A stretch of 44,083 nucleotides of DNA from Bigelowiella natans CCMP2755. Its lineage: Eukaryota; Protista; Cercozoa. The stretch lies in assembly GCA_000320545.1 (NCBI GenBank), contig ADNK01001602.1:1-44083 (forward strand). The letters are read 5' to 3'. The translations under genes were made by a program, and so were the position numbers. Below are positions 41,790-44,083 of this stretch, piece after piece. The notes under the pieces are model-generated. The model was not told the origin of the DNA and did not search any database. It saw nothing but the letters and a program-made list of their open reading frames with translations. Every line of letters begins with the position of its first letter. Position 1 is the stretch's first letter.

Positions 41790-43740
41790 ACCTCCACATT
41801 TAGTTCTTCCTTCTGTTTCTGTTCCTCCTCTTCGTCCTCTTTCTTTTCTTCCTCAGCCTCCTGTTCCACCTCCTCTGCTGTTGTTTCTTCTTCTTCTTCT
41901 TTTTCTTCCTCTTCTTCGTCCTCTTCTTCTGTTTCCTCCCCATACATTTTTGCCATCTCTTTCCTAAGTTCCACTTCCTTCTCCTCTTGCTCTATAATCC
42001 CCTCTTCTACCAATCTTCCCCTCTCTTCTATCTTCTCTTCCGTCTCCTCTTCCTCCTCGTCCTCCTCTTTTCCAATTTCCTCATTGTCATCTGTTTGATC
42101 ATTTTCCTCTTCTATTTCCTTTTTCGCTACTATCTCTCCCTCATCCTCGTCTTCGTTCTCCCCCCCTTCTTCGAGAATAGGCCGGTCAGGATGAGAAACT
42201 GTAATCGTGATAGACTTTCTCCCGTCTGTATTCATCGCAGCCTGTTTTATCATCATCATCATCGTCGTCATCGTCGTTGTTGTCATCATAACGCTCATTG
42301 GAAGGTAAGGCAGTCGCCTATCATAATCGAAGCTCATCTACTAACTTGACAACGTTATTGTTCAACAAGTTTCAAGCATTCATAATGCAGCATGCACCTA
42401 CCATCACCATCATCATCATCGTCATTATCATCATCATCGCTCAGGACAAAAACCTTTGCAACGACACGTGAGAGGATGCCCGAGGAAGTGATGGAGATTT
42501 CCCCATATGCCAGCTCACAACTTATCTGTGATGATGGAAATCAGAGGAGAAATGAAGGATGAAGGCAGGTAAGAGAGTAGAAAATAGCAACATGATGAAT
42601 GAACTAAATGGTAACTCTTCCTCCTTCCCTCTTCCAGACAGCTTCAAAACACTCATTCGGGGGAACAACATTTCGCAATCACCAAAGTGAGCACTTCTTC
42701 GTATGTGAGGAAGTACTAAACATGCCGGTGTTGTTTCTGGTCCGGAGGGATACAACATAAAACTTTATGTCGTCATGCTCAGACGAAAAATCTCGAAAAA
42801 ACTTCCTCTGCTTTCGTCTCTACCTGGAATCGAGGTGCGAGGTTGTAAAGATCGGCTAGTTTCCTTTGCAGCGCGCCGAAGGGGTCTTCTTCTTGAATCT
42901 GAGTAGTAGCGGTAGTAGTAGCAGCAGCAGCAGCAGTAGTAGTGTAGTAGTAGTAGTAGTGGTAGTAGAACGAAACACGCAGCACGATGATAAGATCAAC
43001 GATGAAGAAGAAAAGGTGGCCAATGGCCTCGTCGCAAGGAAAAGATGTTCACTTTATCTAGACGTGCTCCAAATCGTAGCTATATGCATCGAATGCTGCT
43101 GCTGCTGCTGCTGCTGCTGCAAGTAGAACCTCTAAGTCGATCACAGAGGGCTCACCACTGGACAACAACTTCGAGTCAAAGTCCGTATGAACCTGTTAGT
43201 CGTGGTAGTTCGTTGTTCTGCTGTTGTCGTGTTACCCGTAACCACAGCAACCGCCCCTACGACGCTCATGCAGGACATACAGACAAGACTTCTATTTCCT
43301 CCCTGCGACCTTCACTCCCTGGCAGTGATGGCGACGAAACGGAAAACGCAACAAAGCATCAGCACCATACGCATCCTCATCATCATCATCATCATCATCA
43401 TCATTATCATCGTTATTTTATCATCCTACGTTAACTTCCACTTGTCCTTCTACCGCCAAAGATAACGATGGCGGTCGTGATGATGGCAAATAGCTGCTAC
43501 CGAGCAGCGATGGACTAAACGCATAGCTGCTTTCTGCGGGTGGGAAGCGAGTACTCATATGCTGAGGAGGGTCGGCAGTTTTTGCGGTGTTGTTTATGGT
43601 AGCAGCAACGCGAATTGGGGGAGGAGGGGGGGGGGCTGCTGGTGATGGGGGCGGTTTATAGCTCGTCGTCATTAAAGTCTCCATGGATTCGTATGCAAAT
43701 CGGCGATGATCTATCGTTTTAACATGACACGTAGGAGAAG
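41790..43740 (-). CDS. Multi-exon hypothetical protein with Pro/Ser-rich and long Glu-rich regions (boundaries uncertain)
   Basis: Exon-like non-repetitive segments between microsatellite introns, e.g. IQEEDPFGALQRKLADLYNLAPRFQ and AAMNTDGRKSITITVSHPDRPILEE...(E-rich). Confidence 0.5.
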
Positions 43741-44083
43741 AAAGAGGGAAAAGAAGAAGAAGATAATGATGATGATGATGACGATGATGATGATGACGAC
43801 AGGGCGGGGCAGAGGTGTTAGATTGACCCACTGCCATACCAATCCATTCTCTCGTCTCTCCTAAATAGTCAATTTTCCCTGTTCCAATGTTAATGTGTGT
43901 GTTGTAGTGTACGTTTGTTGTTGTTGTTGCTGCTGCTGCTACCTATTGGTGCCAAACTTGCGCGCGAAGCTTCTGGGGGCATTTGCTGGTGTGGAGGACA
44001 GAGGGGGGGGGGGGGGGGGCTTTAAAAAAACTGGGGCAAGGGTTCAACAACCCAAATACTGGGAAATCTTAGTTTGGGGGCCA

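Overview
Eukaryotic (protist-like) nuclear DNA, rich in introns and microsatellites. Host genes: a CDPK7-like EF-hand/PH/kinase gene (partial), a coiled-coil protein, a secreted or membrane-anchored double-VOC protein, a RagA/Gtr1 GTPase, a SAM + caspase-like (C14) gene and two hypothetical genes. The middle of the window is a nest of mobile DNA. A young, intact Ty3/Gypsy element (identical 326-bp LTRs, GCGC TSD) lies next to an older copy of the same family (TGCA TSD). The older copy is interrupted by a ~6.8-kb element bounded by long inverted repeats, which carries a Crinkler/RHS-type NTPase-nuclease gene and Polinton-like-virus genes. The most striking signal is a domain-restricted hypermutation: in repeat-derived domains almost every TpA has become TpG or CpA (A->G on either strand), the mirror image of fungal RIP. 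The two LTRs of the old element were mutated independently after insertion (16 reciprocal TG/CA swaps by hand alignment). CTAG sites preferentially escape, the mutation load fades in a gradient into adjacent viral DNA, and host exons and intronic (TA)n tracts are untouched. This looks like a repeat-targeted A-to-G genome-defence ('reverse RIP') process. No candidate enzyme for it is visible in the window. All alignments and family calls were made by eye; no searches were run.
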